A stretch of DNA of 64,000 nt from Felis catus (taxonomy: Eukaryota), in NCBI RefSeq assembly GCF_018350175.1, contig NC_058368.1, positions 88,352,001 through 88,416,000 on the forward strand. Reading direction: 5' to 3'. The translations under genes were made by a program, and so were the position numbers. Within the stretch, counting starts at the first letter, position 1. Each line of letters starts with the position of its first letter. Positions 62,264 through 64,000 of the stretch are shown here, piece after piece. The notes below the pieces were generated by a model. The model was not told the origin of the DNA. It saw only the letters and a list, made by a program, of their open reading frames with translations, and made no database searches.

Positions 62264-64000
62264 CTTATGTTGGATGATCTGCACACTCCTTGGGCCTGGC
62301 AGACGTGAGCCCTGCTGTGTGTGTAGGTGACACTTGCAGCCACTGGGGAGGAAGGGATAACTCAGAATTGACCCCTAATTCACCTAGCTCTTGCTTCTGT
62401 AGGCTGTCTGTTGGGATGCTACTGGAAGTCTGTGACGGGACACACAGGAAGTTATGTAGGGCCTTGGAGGCTTTCTGGCATGTCTGGTGTAGCCCTTCAG
62501 CCTCTGGTCTTGGGGAAGGATATGGGAGGGCACTCCAGTAAGCTCAGGGCAGTGTGTGTTTCCTACGGATTGGAGGCATTCTGGTATTGGTAAGGGAGCG
62601 ACTGTGGTGCCCATGGATGGTCATTTCTGGTGACACCCCTCACCTGTCAGGCTACATCTTTCAGCCTCCTCATGGGAAATTTTGGCACTCCTGTCACATA
62701 ACCAAGGCACAGGCCTTGACCAGAGTGACCATAGTGTCCCCGTCTAGGGCATTTCTGGAGTAAGCTATTGTGCAAGGCATTGTGGGGATGCTTATGGGAT
62801 GAGGCCCAGCTGTAGCTCTAAATTCTGCATCACAAACCTTTCCCCTGGACAAGAAGCCAGCAGGAAAAGGAATTCTGAGGTCAGAGACCACCTCCCAGGA
62901 GGTGTTAAGTGTAGGTAGAGTGGACCATGGGAGGTCCTTGGGGAGGCTTGCAGAGGCTAAGTCCTGCCTGCTCTCAGTACATTTACTAATAACCTTTCTC
63001 TGGCCTCATCCTTTCCATATGTGTTCTCCCTTGCTTCTGGCTTTTGTTTTGTTTTTACGATTTTTCCCACTATGGGCTGATGGAGTTCCAGAGTATGACC
63101 TTGAAAACTGTTAATTTTTCAATCCTTGTCAGAAGAAATCTCAGCAAGAGAAGCAGAAGTTTCCCTCTTCCTCCAAATTGTAATAATACAGCTACTGTCC
63201 TGGGAGAGGCAACAGTCCTGGCAAGGGCTGTATAAAGACTCCCAAATTTGAGTGGTTGTTCCCATACCTGAGAACGTACCTCTGACCGCTAAATGCCAGG
63301 AATTCTGAGGGGCTGCCTCTGCTCCTGTCCAGGGTCACAATACTGATGTGACCATGTCCTCCGAGGGAAGAGTGGACCTGTCTCGCAGTGGCTGGAGAGT
63401 TGTGGCTGGCCCTTCTCACATCCCACACCTAAAATAAACTGATAACCCTGTAAGACTTCTTACTGCATGAGGAGTGAGTCTGTTTCATTTAAACACAGGA
63501 AATGAAAGGACGAAATCACAACTCCCAGCTGTCGTAGAAAGAGGATTTTAATATGGTATTCACCTGTAGCTTCTACATTTATGTTCAATATTGTCCAAAT
63601 CAGTAAGCCCTTTTTTGTTTTTTTACCTGTTGTGCAAAAATTCAGTTACTCTCTCACCTCCTCTGAAATGGTCCCCTCCCACTGACCCCATCTCCTGTGG
63701 TCTCAGAGCCCTTCAGTGGCACTCATCTGCCTTTCCTCACCTGGTTAAGAGCAAAGTATGTGAAGGGGCCTTTCCTCCTGGGGGAGGATGGGGTGGAGAT
63801 GGGGCTTGGCAGGACTCTCACTCTCCGTCGGCCTTGATGGTGGAATCTGAGAGTCCATCTATCCGACAAAGGCTGGAGCACTGGCAAGCAGAGCCAGGCC
63901 TCTTGGCAGGGTCCTGGGGAGATGTAGACAAGAAGAGATAACTGCTGTCATCAGACCCAGTAGGTGCTTCATTCACCACGAGTGAGTGCTTCATGGTGCC

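Noticed and set aside
61346..63200. Possible ERV internal remnants or exons of a neighbouring gene
   Set aside because: No recognisable protein motifs or convincing exon structure could be established by eye.
1..64000. A novel multi-gene biological system
   Set aside because: All credible coding sequence is explained by SNAP47, JMJD4, dead retroelements and one retrocopy; nothing supports additional genes.

Overview
Mammalian genomic DNA, almost certainly a felid: the Can-SINEs match the cat SINEC_Fc type and the LINE-1s are carnivore-like. The window holds two head-to-head genes sharing a CpG-island promoter at ~54.3-55.5 kb. SNAP47 is on the minus strand, with one non-coding first exon and four coding exons (1248-nt CDS, 415 aa, spread over ~51 kb). 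JMJD4 is on the plus strand, with six coding exons (1281-nt CDS, 426 aa). All coding splice sites are GT-AG and phase-compatible. SNAP47 introns 2-3 are densely filled with retroelements. The highlights are a four-level nested SINE/LINE-1 stack with a twin-primed 5'-inverted L1, a young SINE carrying a ~60-bp 3' transduction, an unidentified polyadenylated retrocopy inserted in an old L1, and a degraded ERV-L provirus split by an L1. There are also three large tandem or low-complexity arrays. Most ORFs in the supplied track are spurious products of GC-rich or repetitive DNA. I found no evidence for a novel multi-gene biological system; the interesting observations are retrotransposition events and regulatory-sequence features. 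Repeat family names and orthologue comparisons come from recalled consensus and protein sequences, not from a database search.
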